Assembly (NCBI GenBank): GCA_964016885.1
Contig: OZ024741.1
Span: 205,096,001 to 205,160,000 of the forward strand
DNA: 64,000 nt
Source: Eledone cirrhosa
Lineage: Eukaryota
Reading direction: 5' to 3'
Shown here: piece after piece, positions 50,711-63,868 of the stretch
Layout: the number at the start of each line of letters is the position of its first letter
How positions within the stretch are numbered: position 1 is the first letter of the stretch
The notes under the pieces: generated by a model
Databases searched by the model: none
What the model was told of the DNA's origin: nothing
The model's input: the letters and a program-made list of their open reading frames with translations, nothing else
Program-made: the position numbers and the translations under genes

Positions 50711-51333
50711 CTGTAATGTTTAAAAAGAAGAAAATGAAAAATAAAGAAGCCAAAACAAATAAGATATTGTATGTATATATATATATGGACCCATAACACC
50801 TAGTGGAGTTACAGGGATGCTACAGTGATATATAGTGTTTTGGGACATTTTAAATCTGTAAGAGCCCAACCCTCTCCAAGTTTGAACAAAGCAGATTTCT
50901 GAGAAGGCCACAGATCAGGGTAGTACTCAATGCATGTTTAGATATAGAATTGGTATAGTAATTAGTAAAATCTCAAAGGAGACCCACTCTGTTTTGGCTG
51001 GCCCACAAGCTGATTGGCTTTCAACTGTTTATTCCTCGTCAAAATCCAAATCTTAATTAGTCCAACAAAACACCCTGAATATCTGGTTTGAGTTGTGGCT
51101 ACTAGATAAATTAGTACTATATATTCCGTAGGACACTAAATAGTTATTAGTCCACACAGTATTAGAAAATGATAGAATTTATATAATTTTTCCTTATACA
51201 ACCTTACCTAACAACAAAATACAACAAACCTAAACTAGTCAAAAGCACGCCACACAAAATAGAATTACCCAATTAAATAAAATTCAAATCAAAACCACAA
51301 TAGAATACATTTATATATTATACGTCAACTGAC

Positions 51334-51476
51334 CTCATTTGGCTTCATCACAGCCTGTTCATCTACAAATTTACCCCAAGGTCCAAGATAACCATCAACA
51401 TCTCCAGCATCATTGTTCCGTAATCGTTTTCTTTTATCACCAGGTCGACACTTGGTTTTTTCAAAAACAGTCAGAT
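51334..51476 (-). CDS. CDC40: CDC40 exon
   Basis: cag|(H)LTVFEKTKCRPGDKRKRLRNNDAGDVDGYLGPWGKFVDEQAVMKPNE|gtcagt. Confidence 0.96.
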
Positions 51477-51820
51477 CTGTATTATTTATGGGAAAATAGA
51501 CATTAAATAATGATGATATATACATATACATATATATAGGTGTCACGACAAAAATCACCCAGCCCACACTGTAAAGTGGTCGTGTAGGAGTCACAGCAAA
51601 AATCACCCAGCCCACACTGTAAATGTGGTTGGCGTTAGGAAGGGCATCCAGCTGTAAAAATCTAGCCAGAAACAGTTCTGTATGAGCAGGATATGGTCAC
51701 CTGCCCCAACCTGCCTCAAATGGGACAACCCATCTAACCCATGCTGGTATGGAAGGTGGACGATAAACGACGATGATGATATATATAGATAAGCAAAAGG
51801 GATATTTAATTAATTATTTG

Positions 51821-51881
51821 TATTTTATCTGATGAGAGCATACCAAAGTTTTGGTACCCTTGAAATATATATAATAGAATA
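51821..51881 (+). ncRNA. Degenerate minimal type I hammerhead motif (Penelope-type)
   Basis: Stem I TATTTTAT/ATAGAATA, CTGATGA, stem II GAG..TACCAAA/TTTGGTA..CTT, GAAA, palindromic short stem III, ATA site. Confidence 0.55.
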
Positions 51882-51937
51882 AATATGGTTTTATAAATAT
51901 AGTTTCTATTTATTTAATATCATTGAATATATATATA

Positions 51938-53198
51938 CAGGGTGTGGACGACATTTGTTCGCAATTTTCAACTGCTAATTTTATGCAAATATTTTTTACT
52001 TCTGTTGTCACTCTTGTCTTCATAAAAACAGTGACTATATTTCCATTATTTATTTTCAGAATAATTGATTATGAATAATTTTGAACCTCCAAATTTGTGG
52101 AAGAGACACGGAGTTCTTCTTGGAATCCGTGCCGGGAGGACAAATAAGGAAATTTCAGACTTTCTCAGTGTCAGCAGGAGAATGGTGGAAAAGGTCAGAA
52201 AGGAATTGGAAGATTCAGGATTCAACTACGAAGCAACATCAGAGAGGAAAACACATGATCGACGATCTGACGCCTTCAGAATGCCCGAGTTCGTCGCTGA
52301 AGTTCAGGATATCATCAACAATGAACCTAGCAAGGGAGAAGGGCGTGGATGAAAAGCTCATTAGGCTGGTGGTACATGAAGACATTCGCTACGTTTCATA
52401 CAAGATGAGGAAAGGACAATTTCTGTCAAAGGCGATGCAAGAAAAGCGACCGAAGTATGCAAAGAAGCTGATCAACAAGTTGAAACACCCACTGGAGCCA
52501 GACATGCTGTGGTTTTTCTCCGATGAGAAAAACTTCTGTCAAGACCAGAAGATCAACTCCCAGAACAACAGGTGGTTCGCAGTCTCATCCAAAGACATGC
52601 CCAGAGTCATGCAGACAAAGTTTCCAGTGACAACATTGGTCTTAGGTGTCGTCAGCAGTCAAGGTGACGTCATGCCACCTCACTTCTTCCCTGAGGGCTT
52701 CAAGCTGAACACCGATGGCTACATCCGCGTTCTGAGTGAGGTAGTAAATCCCTGGATCGACCAGGTAGCTGTAGGTAGGCCGTGTGTGTGGCAGCAAGAC
52801 TCAGCGCCCTGCCATACCAGCCGAAAGACCCAAGCCTGGCTGTCAGAGAACTTCGTCGACCACACTTCACCTGACTGCAACCCCCTCGACTTCTTTGTGT
52901 GGGGCGCAGTGGAACGAGACACCAACAGATCTAGCTGCAATACGAAAGACGATCTGAAGGCCAGGATCACAAGTGCCTTTAGGGGCCTAAGTCGGGGGAC
53001 AATGACGAAGGCCTGTAGCCGGTTCCGAGGCCGCCTTGAGGCCGTCATCAAAGCCAATGGCGGGTTTATCGAGTGAGATCGAAAGAACAAGTCATGAAGA
53101 CAAACTGATCCAAGTTTGATAAATAAATCTTAAAAAATAAAACTACTGTTATTTTTTCCTAGACAGTAATCTTGCGAACAAATATCGTCCGCACCCTG
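51938..53198 (+). mobile_element. maT/DD37D-type Tc1/mariner transposon, full length but defective
   Basis: TIRs CAGGGTGTGGACGACATTTGTTCGCAA / TTGCGAACAAATATCGTCCGCACCCTG; transposase motifs FFSDEKNF, WQQDSAPCH and SPDCNPLDFFVW; frameshift near 52340. Confidence 0.9.
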
Positions 53199-53199
53199 T

Positions 53200-53534
53200 T
53201 TCATCATTTCATTTTATGTCCGCTTTTTCCCCTGCTTGCAAGGGTGGGACGGGAACTGATGCTGGCTTGATTTCTACAGCTGGATGCCCTTCCTAACACC
53301 AACCTCATTTACAGTGAGTGCTGGGTGCTTTTTTGCCGTGGCACCTCCACGACCACTTTGCAGTGGAATGATAAGGACCTCAGTCCCTATCATCTCATTT
53401 CTACAGCTGAGTAAACTGGAGCAATGTGAAATAAAGTGTCTTGCTCAAGGAAACAACACATCACCCGGTCTGAGAATTGAACTCACAACCTTTTGATTGC
53501 AAGGCCAATGCTCTAACCACTAAGCCATGTGCCT

Positions 53535-53536
<2 letters not shown>
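53200..53536 (-). mobile_element. tRNA-derived CORE-like SINE
   Basis: Reverse complement of the 17979/20836 family. Confidence 0.9.
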
Positions 53537-53588
<52 letters not shown>

Positions 53589-53826
53589 AAAGAAGAGTAA
53601 CATGGTTGGCTGTACAATAAGGGCTTTATTTAAAGTACTGACAATTGTTTCGTTGATCAGGTGTGTCTAGAGTTCGCTAATCACTTGAGGTTGCGTCAAT
53701 CAAACAAAGCCGTACGTTAAAACCATTCACGACGCGGAGTACTCTAACTGGATTACGTATAACGATAATTTGTTATCCCATATATATATATATATAAATG
53801 AAAATATATATATATATATATCCCCA

Positions 53827-53869
53827 GTCACTGAAGAGGTCACAGAATGTGTGACGAAAGAACTTTGAC
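53827..53869 (+). ncRNA. Minimal type I hammerhead motif
   Basis: GTCA-CTGAAGAG-GTCAC(agaatgt)GTGAC-GAAA-G(aa)CT-T-TGAC. Confidence 0.6.
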
Positions 53870-54283
53870 AATATATAAACAACCATCTGGTTGTGGAACC
53901 AACCAACCAACCGGAAATTTATAAATTTATTATATATATATATGAAAAGTTCATTTGTATAGAAAACTGGTTTTCTATAAAAACTTTTCAGTTTCATACT
54001 CTATAAATCTTCAAGCATACTATCAAATTACATATATATACAGTGTAGGTGATTCAGCGAATTACTGGTGGTGGTAACAAAACAAGCACTCTATGCACAG
54101 GGAGAATATATATATTGAAAATAACGAAGTTTCGTTTACATGTATCTAGATTTTTATTGTGTATTGACCTGTTACACATGACTGAGCGAATCCTAAAACA
54201 TGCATAACAGGTCAATACACAATAAAATCTAAATACATATAAACGGAACTTCATTGTTCTTTTTAATATATATATATATATAT

Positions 54284-54322
<39 letters not shown>

Positions 54323-54532
54323 AAGAAACGATCGACTTTCGTCAAATCGGACCGAGGGAACAATGTTTCCGTTGGTCTTTCCAATTGCTAATACTATCTA
54401 TCGGTCGCAACTCCAGGTAGAAGGAGCAACGTCAAATAAAGTGTCTTGCTCAAGGACATAACGCATCGCCTGGTCCAGGAATCGAACTCACAACCTTACG
54501 ATTGCGAATATATATATATATATATATATATA

Positions 54533-55031
54533 CTAGCTGAATTACCCATACCTTGCTGCATTTCACACATTTTATTTTTGTAAGAAAATGATGATTAATT
54601 TAAAATCAGTGATATAATTTATGGAGAAAAACTCTGCATTTCAATATTACTCATTGTAAAATGTAATGCATGAAAAATTGGAAAACATTATTTTTTGTAA
54701 TATATTAAATCAAAATTACATTATTAAATTTTATTCTTATTTTGTTTCTTGTAAATAATTTTTTTCAAAATATCAATTCAAAACTTTTGTGAATAGGTAT
54801 TATATCTTGTCATTTACCTATGGTTAAATTTCATATAAATCGAAGGGAAAAAATTTTCAGCGGCGGTTTGTGCCCCCGGAGAACCCTTTCATTAAAATGA
54901 AATATACTTATCCAAGTACCCTGGGCAATGTAGTTTCAGAATATATATGGTTATGGGGGTCTATCTCCAAAACCACAGGAGGAGTTAATGAACAAACAAA
55001 CAGACAGGAACTACAACTTTATATATATAGA
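54533..55031 (-). mobile_element. Non-autonomous Helitron-like element
   Basis: Minus strand reads A|TCTATATATAT...GGGTAATTCAGCTAG|T, i.e. 5' TC, 3' CTAG, an AT target and no TSD. Confidence 0.7.
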
Positions 55032-55612
55032 TATATATGAGGTGCATAATTTCATCCAACTCGAGCATTGAATTCTCCTAGGATGAGGAGCCTGCAACTC
55101 ACTGGGATCCTAGAGACAAGATAGGACAGTTAGTGATTCTTCCTTTACATTTCCTTTTGAGGTGAGTTTAGGGACATAGATTGCAATTAGTGTGTAGAGT
55201 AAGCCCTTTTCCAGAAGGACCCTGAGTGTCATTCACCTGTGACAGCCAGGACAGCGAGGCTGAGAGTCGATTTTATTATTAGTTAGGTAACTAATCCATT
55301 TCTTGGCTAGTTTAGTAACAGGATCATTAGTAAACCATGATATTTAAAGCTCTTTCAGCATACATTCCGTGACTGTGTCAATGACACGTGTATCCACTCC
55401 GTTTTAATTTAATTTTATTTACTCCTTGTCAATTAAATATGACAAATAACCATCTGGTTACTAAACTAACTGAGTAATGAATTAGTTATTTGACTAATAA
55501 TAAAACCAAAATGAAACTCAACTGAATTATAACAATATCTATCTCACATCAAGAATCTTGCAAAACAAATACAAAAATGAAGTGTATATATGTGTCTACA
55601 TATTTCATATAT

Positions 55613-56403
55613 GAGGCGTCAGAAAAGAAACAGGACTGGGATCGCAAAAAATATTTCAAATCAAAACTACGTTTTCTCCTTCGAAATAAACATCCTTGAG
55701 TCTAATGCATCTTTCTCTGCAACATCTCCATGTAATCCTGGAAGGATTCTCTGAAGCTCTTGATGGCTTCCATGTCTGGAAAACAGATTCCCTTGATGAC
55801 CCTTTTGAGCTTGGAGAGCCAAGTCGAGTGAATAGCGAGGTTGTTCCAGCATGGCATTGTTCTTCTCGGTCAGGAAATGCCAGATCGTTCAGCAGCTTTG
55901 GCACCATCTTCACGCAGATCTTCCACATGCCCAAATCTTCGGTGATAATCTTCCAAATGCTGTCACGGTTCATGCCAAGCTCACTTGTGATCAAACAGTC
56001 AGCTGTTTGCTTAATGCACTCAACATTGACCTCAGTCCTACTTGCTGAAAGTCCTCTGCATCTGGGGTTGTCTTCCAAGTTCTTGTGTCCATCTTTTGTG
56101 CCACTTGAAAACCCATGAGCGCAACATCATCTCATCTATGTACACTTGCTGCAGTATTCCAACCACTTCTGATGGGCCAGAAACTTCAGGTTGGTTCATT
56201 GCTCTTTGCCGATCACTCGACAGACTAAAATTGAGGAGTTGTTAACAAAAGCACATGAAAAAACAATCAATTGTTGCAGAGAGCTGAGATAGCAGTTATA
56301 TACTTCCTGGATATTATGTCACATGGTAACACAACCAGCTAATCCCTACCTTATTCATAGCTCACACAGCACACTAAGTCCTGTTACTTTTCTGACATAC
56401 CTC
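55613..56403 (-). mobile_element. Internally deleted mariner element
   Basis: TIRs TGAGGCGTCAGAAAAGAAACAGGACT / AGTCCTGTTACTTTTCTGACATACCTCA; EDNPRCRG..ITEDLGMWKICVKMVPKLL and QPRYSLDLA. Confidence 0.82.
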
Positions 56404-58530
56404 ATACATATTAAAAACCAACTGAATGTAAAGAATAGATTTTTTTGGTTAACAAAAAAGAAAAGAAAAAGATATTAACATTCATAGTAATTGAACCGTG
56501 TATTATATACTTGCTTACTGAACAAGTAATAATTTTTTTTCTTCTTGAGTTTATTCATTAAATATACAAAATCTCTCAATGTCATGAAAAACCATTAACA
56601 TTATATAAAAATAATTGAGCAGTATCTAATACAAACAAAACACACGATTAAAGGGAGAAAAAGAAAGAAGGATCAAGCAACATAAGAAAGGGAGAAGGGG
56701 AGAGACGGACACTTCACCCCAGCTATGCCCCTCCCCCCCCCGACAAAAACGGCAAAAGTGTTATCACGGAGAATAGCCAGAGACACCCACTGCAACAGCC
56801 ACCCCACCCCATGCAGTAATAAATTGTGTTCTATCTTTCACATTGATGTGAATATTTTTTTCCATCTCAAATTATTAGTCACAAATATCACACATTCACT
56901 TTTGTTGTTGTTTAGCTACATGTCAACATTACAAAAATCTATGATCAAAGACAGTCCAGCCATGACAACACCAACTTTTTATGGATATCTAGAAATACAT
57001 TATCCAATATGTCCTTATTTCCAAGACAGCAGTGCTTGATTTGAGGGAGATTTGCCTGCTATTTTATAGCAAATCAAGCAACCAGCAGAGGCTCCCCAAG
57101 TTGGCTCAGTATGTGTACATGACTGTATGTGTGTGTGTGTGATTGTATGCATGTATCTACATATATAAATTTAGAATATTTTACTAACACACTTCTGCAT
57201 CATTCTTAACACATTTTTTCAAATTTTCGTAGCATATATAAAACATATGGTATTCGGTTTATTTAGTAATGCTCAAGTTTTTTCTGGCTTATATTAATGT
57301 TTTTGTGTGCGCGCGCGTGTGTGTGGGGTGGTGGGGGTGGGGGGTTCTTTTAAACTGTCTAGTCAGAGCGGAAAGAGTAGTGTGCATGACCCTTTTCAGG
57401 GACTGAGTGGAGTGGATTCCACTAAACGCACCCAACAACCATGTGGTGGTATTAAACTGGAGGATGGATTAATATTTTTGTTACCATATTTCTTAATGCA
57501 AAATCTCTACCTATGAATTTCAAATAATTTTGAAAATAATTAAGAATTTGGGGTGATTTAACAAAATAACTTATTTCCTAAATGTTAAATTAATGTTTCG
57601 AACAACAAACATTCTTGCATAAGATTATGATGGAAAGTTTTTGATAAATATAAATACTTAAAAATCAACAGCTTTGTATCACAGAACCATGGGCAGTGTC
57701 ATTTGGTTTGGTATCAAATGGGTTAAAGTGTGGGGATGAATTAAGTTTACCACCCAAGTAGGCCATAATGTGATTTGAACATAGAATGCAAAGAGCAAGA
57801 ACAAATACTGCAAGGCATATATATATACAACACTGTAAGAATTGTGCCAACCCATCACCCTGGACAGGTATTTTACCATGATAAGTTTTGAGTATAGAGA
57901 GCCAGAGAAATATCACAAACCTTTTTGTCATATGCTTAACGACTGCCAATTCAAACCTAAATCAATACCAATGATACATCTACCCTAGTATACTCCTTAC
58001 AATAAAGGCATAGAAATAAAAAAGATAAATTTAATAGATTATAATTTAACCCTTTTATTACCATATTTCTAATAAAATATACTGTATTTGCATTAATTAA
58101 TATAGACTATGGAAGAACTTACTAAAAGTATTATTTCATTAAGACAAATTTGTAACATGAAAATTTCTCAGAAGATTTTCATTTAAAAAAAGTGGTTTTG
58201 TTTTATAGAATTAAAGGCAGTATGGGTCGGGTTCGTATAAAAGGGTTACATTTTTCAGACTATTAGAGAAGAAAGATTTGTCAATATTTTAAATCTACAC
58301 TGTGTTCCAATGAATGTTATCTTTGATGCTTATAATCAACACTATATGTGAGATGTGAGCCCTCAGCCCATTTCAGAGATCAGTAGCTCCAAATAAATAC
58401 TGGCTTGGTCTGCGATGACCCAACCTTTGCTAGCAGGGAAAACAAATATTAAATGATTATATATATATAGCAGTTCATTATATAATTCAGTGGGAATATT
58501 GTTGGCAATCCAACAGTGATGGATTACTGA

Positions 58531-59334
58531 CTGTATGATGCCTGCATACGAACAGCAATGTTACATGGCAGTGAGACCTGGGCATTGTGTGCAGAGGATA
58601 TACGCAGACTGGAGAGGAACGAAGCTTGCATGCTCCGCTGGATGTGTAATAGTAATATACGTGAACGGCAAAGCATAAACGAACTAAGGGACAAATTAGA
58701 AATAAGAGGGATCAGATGTTGTTTACTCGAGAGAAGACTATGTTGGTATGGTCACGTGATGCGCATGAAAGACGACAGCTGTATAAAAAAGTGCAGGGCA
58801 ATAAAAATAGACGGTAGCCACTGAGTAGGCAGACCCAGAAAAACCTGAGACGACTTGATAAATTCCGACCTCACACACTTGCACCTCTCCAAGACAATGT
58901 CACTGGACCGAGATCTTTGGCGCTACACAGTAATAGAGAAGACCCGCCTTACCTAAGTACAAAGTGAAACCTACTACAGTCAGTAGGCACCTCTAACAAA
59001 ATACCCCCCCCCCCCCCGTCCCACTACCCCCACCCCTTTCAATGTAAAGTTATGTTGGTACCACAACATCCAGGCCGAAACAAATGAGGTCGTGTAGGTG
59101 TCACGACAAAAAAACACACAGTCCACGCTATAATGTGGCCATGTAGGTAACACGGTAAAAACCTCCCAGTTCCACACTGTAAATGTGGTTGGTGTTAGGA
59201 AGGGCATCCAGCTGTAGAAAACCTGCCAGATAGTCCTATGCGAGCAAGACAACCACTCTTGCCTCAAGTGGGAAAACTCCCGTCCAAACCCATGCAAGCG
59301 TGGAATATGCACGTTAAACGATGATGATGATGAT
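58531..59334 (+). mobile_element. 5'-truncated RTE LINE
   Basis: Near-identical to 6495-7430 but with fewer module repeats. Confidence 0.9.
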
Positions 59335-59344
59335 TTCTTATAAT

Positions 59345-60045
59345 AATGATTTCTACTTTAGGCACAAGGCCAGTAATTTGAAGGGAAGGGGAAAGTCGAT
59401 TAAATCGACCCCAGTACATTACTGGTGCTTTATTTTATCGACCCCATAAGGATGAAAGGCAAAGTTAACCCTGGCAGGATTTGAACTCGGAACATAAAGG
59501 GCCGTAACTATGTTGCAAAGCATGGTGTCCGACTCTCTACTGATACTGCCAAGCCACCACCCTCATGATTTCTTATAATAATAATAATAATGGTTACTAA
59601 TTTAGATACAAGGCCATCAAAGTTGATGGAAATAACCCCATACTTTACTGGTACTTTATTGTTTTGACCTAGGAAAGATTAAAGGCGAAGTTGACCTCGG
59701 TGAGACTTGAACTCAGAATATGAAGAAGCAAAACAAATACCACAATAGCATTTTATCCTACGGTCTACCAATTCTGCCAATCCACAATCCTCAACAATAA
59801 CAAATTAAATACTGCAAGGCATTTTGTTCAATACTAAATAATACTAATGATGGTTTCTTTTAACAATAATAGTAATATAGTTTCATAATAATAATAATGA
59901 TTTCTACTATAGGCACAAAGCCAGCAATTTGGGGCGAGGGGAAAGTCTATTAAATTGCCCCAATGCATTACTAGTGCTTTATTTTATTGACCCCATAAGG
60001 ATGAAAGGCAAAGTTAACATCGGCAGGATTTGAACTTAGAACATA
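59345..60045 (-). mobile_element. Cluster of three Nin/Deu-like SINEs in the same orientation
   Basis: Copies at ~59345-59562, 59590-59780 and 59895-60045. Confidence 0.8.
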
Positions 60046-60580
60046 ATAACAACAAAAATAATTCCTCAAGTACGCTTTCCAGTGGATCCTGTCAGAAGCA
60101 AGTCTCCAATTGATCTGGCTGGATCCCCCGTGAGACCAGCCGAGCTGCCTCCAAAACCCTTCCAGGAATAAGTGGGCAAAGAAAAAGATAATATTTTGAA
60201 ATGAAGGAGTGAGTATCCAGCAATGCCTACTAAAAGAGATGTATCTATAGCTACTTTTCAAGAGAAGTTAAGCTACAAAACTTCTTTATCTCCACCTGTT
60301 TATACTTAGATTTCCCTTTCTTTTTTTATCTTCTAATATTTCTTTTTACATCCACACCCAGTAAAGAAAAAGAAAGATGAAGAGAGAGACTGTGTGTATG
60401 TATATATATATATACACACAGTCTCTCTCTCTCTCGACATTGAGTACACCTCTGATTTGTGGGCTTTCTGATGCCCATACCACAGACTATACCACTGCTC
60501 CTGAAGTTGAGCACTATTCCTGACCTTTAACCACCTAACCAGCAATCATCTTTACCTCCTCTCACAATCAACACACACAC

Positions 60581-60635
<55 letters not shown>

Positions 60636-60637
<2 letters not shown>

Positions 60638-60820
60638 CAAAAAGGCCGCCGTAAGATACCAGGTGGGCCATAACGCACCAGAGTACTCGATACTTGGGGT
60701 AGTAGAATGGGAAATATGAAAAGATTCAAGACCCCGACGGCTGAGCTCCGGCCATTTTGACAGCTAAATCCGCTGTTGAAACAGCCGGAGCTGAGGCGTC
60801 AGGGTCCTGAATATTTTCAT
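60636..60820 (-). mobile_element. Second copy of the (TA)n-inserted hairpin element
   Basis: The reverse complement aligns along the full length of 35975-36165. Confidence 0.75.
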
Positions 60821-60828
60821 ATATATAT

Positions 60829-61163
60829 GGAGGCACATGGCTTAGTGGTTAGAGCATTGGCCTTGCAATCGAAAGGTTGTGAGTTCAATTCTCAGACCGG
60901 GTGATGTGTTGTTTCCTTGAACAAGACACTTTATTTCACATTGCTCCAGTTTACTCAGCTGTAGAAATGAGATGATAGGGACTGGGGTCCCTATCATTCC
61001 ACTGCAAAGTGGTCGTGGAGGTGCCACGGCAAAAAAGCACCCAGCACTCACTGTAAATGAGGTTGGTGTTAGGAAGGGTATCCAACTGTAGAAATCAAGC
61101 CAGAATCAGTTCTCCTCCCACCCTTGCAAGCAGGGAAAAGCAGATGTAAAATGATGATGATGA
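60829..61163 (+). mobile_element. tRNA-derived CORE-like SINE
   Basis: Same family as 17979. Confidence 0.9.
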
Positions 61164-61179
61164 TATATATATATACACA

Positions 61180-61258
61180 CAGGGTGTCCCCCCAAAAAAT
61201 GAATACACATTTCAACAGCATTCTAATAAAAGTATGTATACATTTTTTGGAACACTGT
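61180..61258. mobile_element. Tiny Tc1-like MITE
   Basis: CAGGGTGTCCCCCAAAAAATG / CATTTTTTGGAACACTG-TA. Confidence 0.6.
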
Positions 61259-61300
61259 ATATGTATGTGTATATATATAATGTGTGTGTGTGTATCTATC

Positions 61301-61331
<31 letters not shown>

Positions 61332-61334
<3 letters not shown>

Positions 61335-61427
61335 TATCAGTTGATGGTGGTGGTGGAGTTTTAGTTGTATGTACTCCCAAACACACATACATAACTAAAC
61401 GTCCACCACCATCATCAACTGATATGT
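61332..61427. repeat. Imperfect hairpin
   Basis: ACATATCAGTTGATGGTGGTGGTGGA..TTTAGTT / AACTAAA..TCCACCACCATCATCAACTGATATGT. Confidence 0.8.
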
Positions 61428-63447
61428 AGCTATCAGCAACTGTTATGTAGATATAGATACCTATAGATACAGTTTGCTATAGAATGTATGTGTGTGTGTA
61501 TGACAGACAGTATGAAGACATGCTAATATACAAAACAGATGTTGAAACACTTTTGAGAAAAAATATAAAATAAATATAAAGATATTTTAAAAAGAAAGAA
61601 AAAGCACTGAGGTTGAACTGGTTTCGCTCAGTTTATTCAGTCAAGAAAACAGGCTGATATCTTGTGATCTTAATTACATAATAGATTCTTTTATTGGCAA
61701 CAAGACATGCTGATTTAACAGCTCTTCTGTACTTTCCTCAGACATTCCAAGACTTTCATCCAAGTTACACACTTCCAATATAGGGTCTACCATGTAAGCA
61801 ATCTTCAGTCAAAGCATTTAATGGTTTCTACTAGATCACCTGTGTCCTGTTGACTAAAAAATATAGGCCTAGTTGATGTTGAAGCAGAGATATGGCTGAT
61901 GTGGTTGGCATACAGTAGGGGAAGTACAACATAAATAGGGAACTTCTTACTTTATGTTCCAGGAAGGATGTCATCATTACTGACATTATTTCCAAACAAA
62001 GAAAAACAGAAATTAACTCGGATGCAGGCAGCAAATTCGCAGAGTTATTAGGGCATCAGATTGAAAATGCCAGGGTATTTTTTCTGGCTTGCTGTGCTCT
62101 GAGTTCAACTTTGCTTTTCATCTTTTCAAGGCCAATAAATAAAGTACAAATCCAGTACTGGGGTAGATTCTCTAGAAGAAATTGGTTGTGTACTGACCAG
62201 GAGAGGGATGGGCTCCATTAGGTTTTAAAATGCCTAAAATATGCTGATCCAGGATGGCACACCTATGGCACCTCAAGAATTAAGAGCCCTTTACCTTTTT
62301 ACAGTAACCTGGATGAGCCTGAGCTCAAAAAATTGGCATCTGTTTGTCCACATCAAAACCAGGCAGCAGGATACAGGTAAAGTACACATGACAAAGGTGA
62401 TTTAAAAGAGACCATTAAAGGCTCTGATTGAAGATAGCTTGCATAAATAGGTTTAGATCACCCATACCCTCTAAGCTGGCAATAGGGAATTTAGTAGGGA
62501 ATGTAAAGATCATTTTGGAAAGGGGTATAGAAGAAGCTCGGGAATTTTGGGAAACAAAAACCAAATCAAGCAGCAATAAGCTAGTTATTTTGTTTCCATG
62601 TACCATGTTGTAGGTCGTTACCAGCATTATTACAAAAAAAAAGTAGATTCACATCTTGTGTATATATATATAGATACAGGTACATGTATATGTAGAGTTT
62701 GTTGGTGTATATGGAACAGGGGGAACACACTGTTGCACTTGCATTGCAGTAATGAGTTCATGTCCTCACACCACATCAACTTGTGATGCAGCAAAAAGAA
62801 AAATACACAGAAATGAACCAGGTGTTTCTACAAGAGGTACATAATACACTAGTTACAAGACAGTAGAATTCTTACTTCTGTTGCAGAAGTAAGAACGGCC
62901 ATTGAGGAATGTGGGGCTGCAGCAGAAAGATGAAAACAATGATAAAGTGGAAGAAGACAAGTAAAAAAAGAGGATATAGCTAATGAAGTAAAAGTAGATA
63001 AAAAGAAGAAAAAATGCAAAGTAAAAGAGGAAAGCAGAATAATAATAAGAACAAAGGTGGAAGCATGGCTGAATGGTTAAGAAGTTTGATTAGTAACTGT
63101 GTGGTTCCACATTGAATTCCAGTGTGCAGCACCTTGGGCAAATGGCTTCCACTAAAACTTTGGATCGACTAATATCTTGTGAGTAAAATTTGGCATACAA
63201 ACTGTGCAGAAGTTTGCCATAAATATATGGGAAATTAATCATTGTGTTAGCCTCAACCATGTCCACATATACATGTGTGTGTGTGCACACATTTCCCCAT
63301 GTTTATTTTAACACCAGTCTAAAAATTGTTGATGCTGTTTATTCCATGTTATTTTATGTCTAGTAATTTAATGGTCTGACAATAAGTACTGTGGTTGATA
63401 TGATTGACTAAAACACTTGTATACAGTATCCTAGTATGACTGTCGAC

Positions 63448-63746
63448 CAGTGATTCCCAACGTGGGGCACACACTACACAGGGGGGCAATTTGAAAACGA
63501 TATTAATGAGAATAAACTTAAGGTTTTACTTTATTACTTTTATACCAAGGCAACTTTAGTATACATTACTGTCAGAAACTCCTGTCTTACCTCTTCCACA
63601 TATTATTGTATATCTGGCATCACCTATACACCAATTCCTTTACACTTTGCAGTTGATCATTGCTGTTTTCATATAAATGGAGTGGGGCATAACAATATTT
63701 TAGATGTTGAGGTGGGGCATGTTACATAAAATGTTGGGAACCACTG
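63448..63746. mobile_element. hAT (Charlie-like) MITE
   Basis: TIR CAGTGATTCCCAAC / GTTGGGAACCACTG; 8-bp TSD CTGTCGAC / CTGTAGAC. Confidence 0.85.
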
Positions 63747-63787
63747 CTGTAGACCAATAAAATAAGGAGAAGAAATGTTTAACTTAC

Positions 63788-63868
63788 GTTTATTTGCTTC
63801 AGCTTTAGCAACATCTCCAATGACAGTAGTTGTTGCTTCTATTTCAGTGCTGGGGTCAGTAGCATAAC
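63788..63868 (-). CDS. CDC40: CDC40 exon (most 5' in the window; the gene continues beyond 64000)
   Basis: tag|(G)YATDPSTEIEATTTVIGDVAKAEANK(H)|gtaag; human equivalent GYALDPS..YIGSVEEAEKNQG. Confidence 0.93.
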
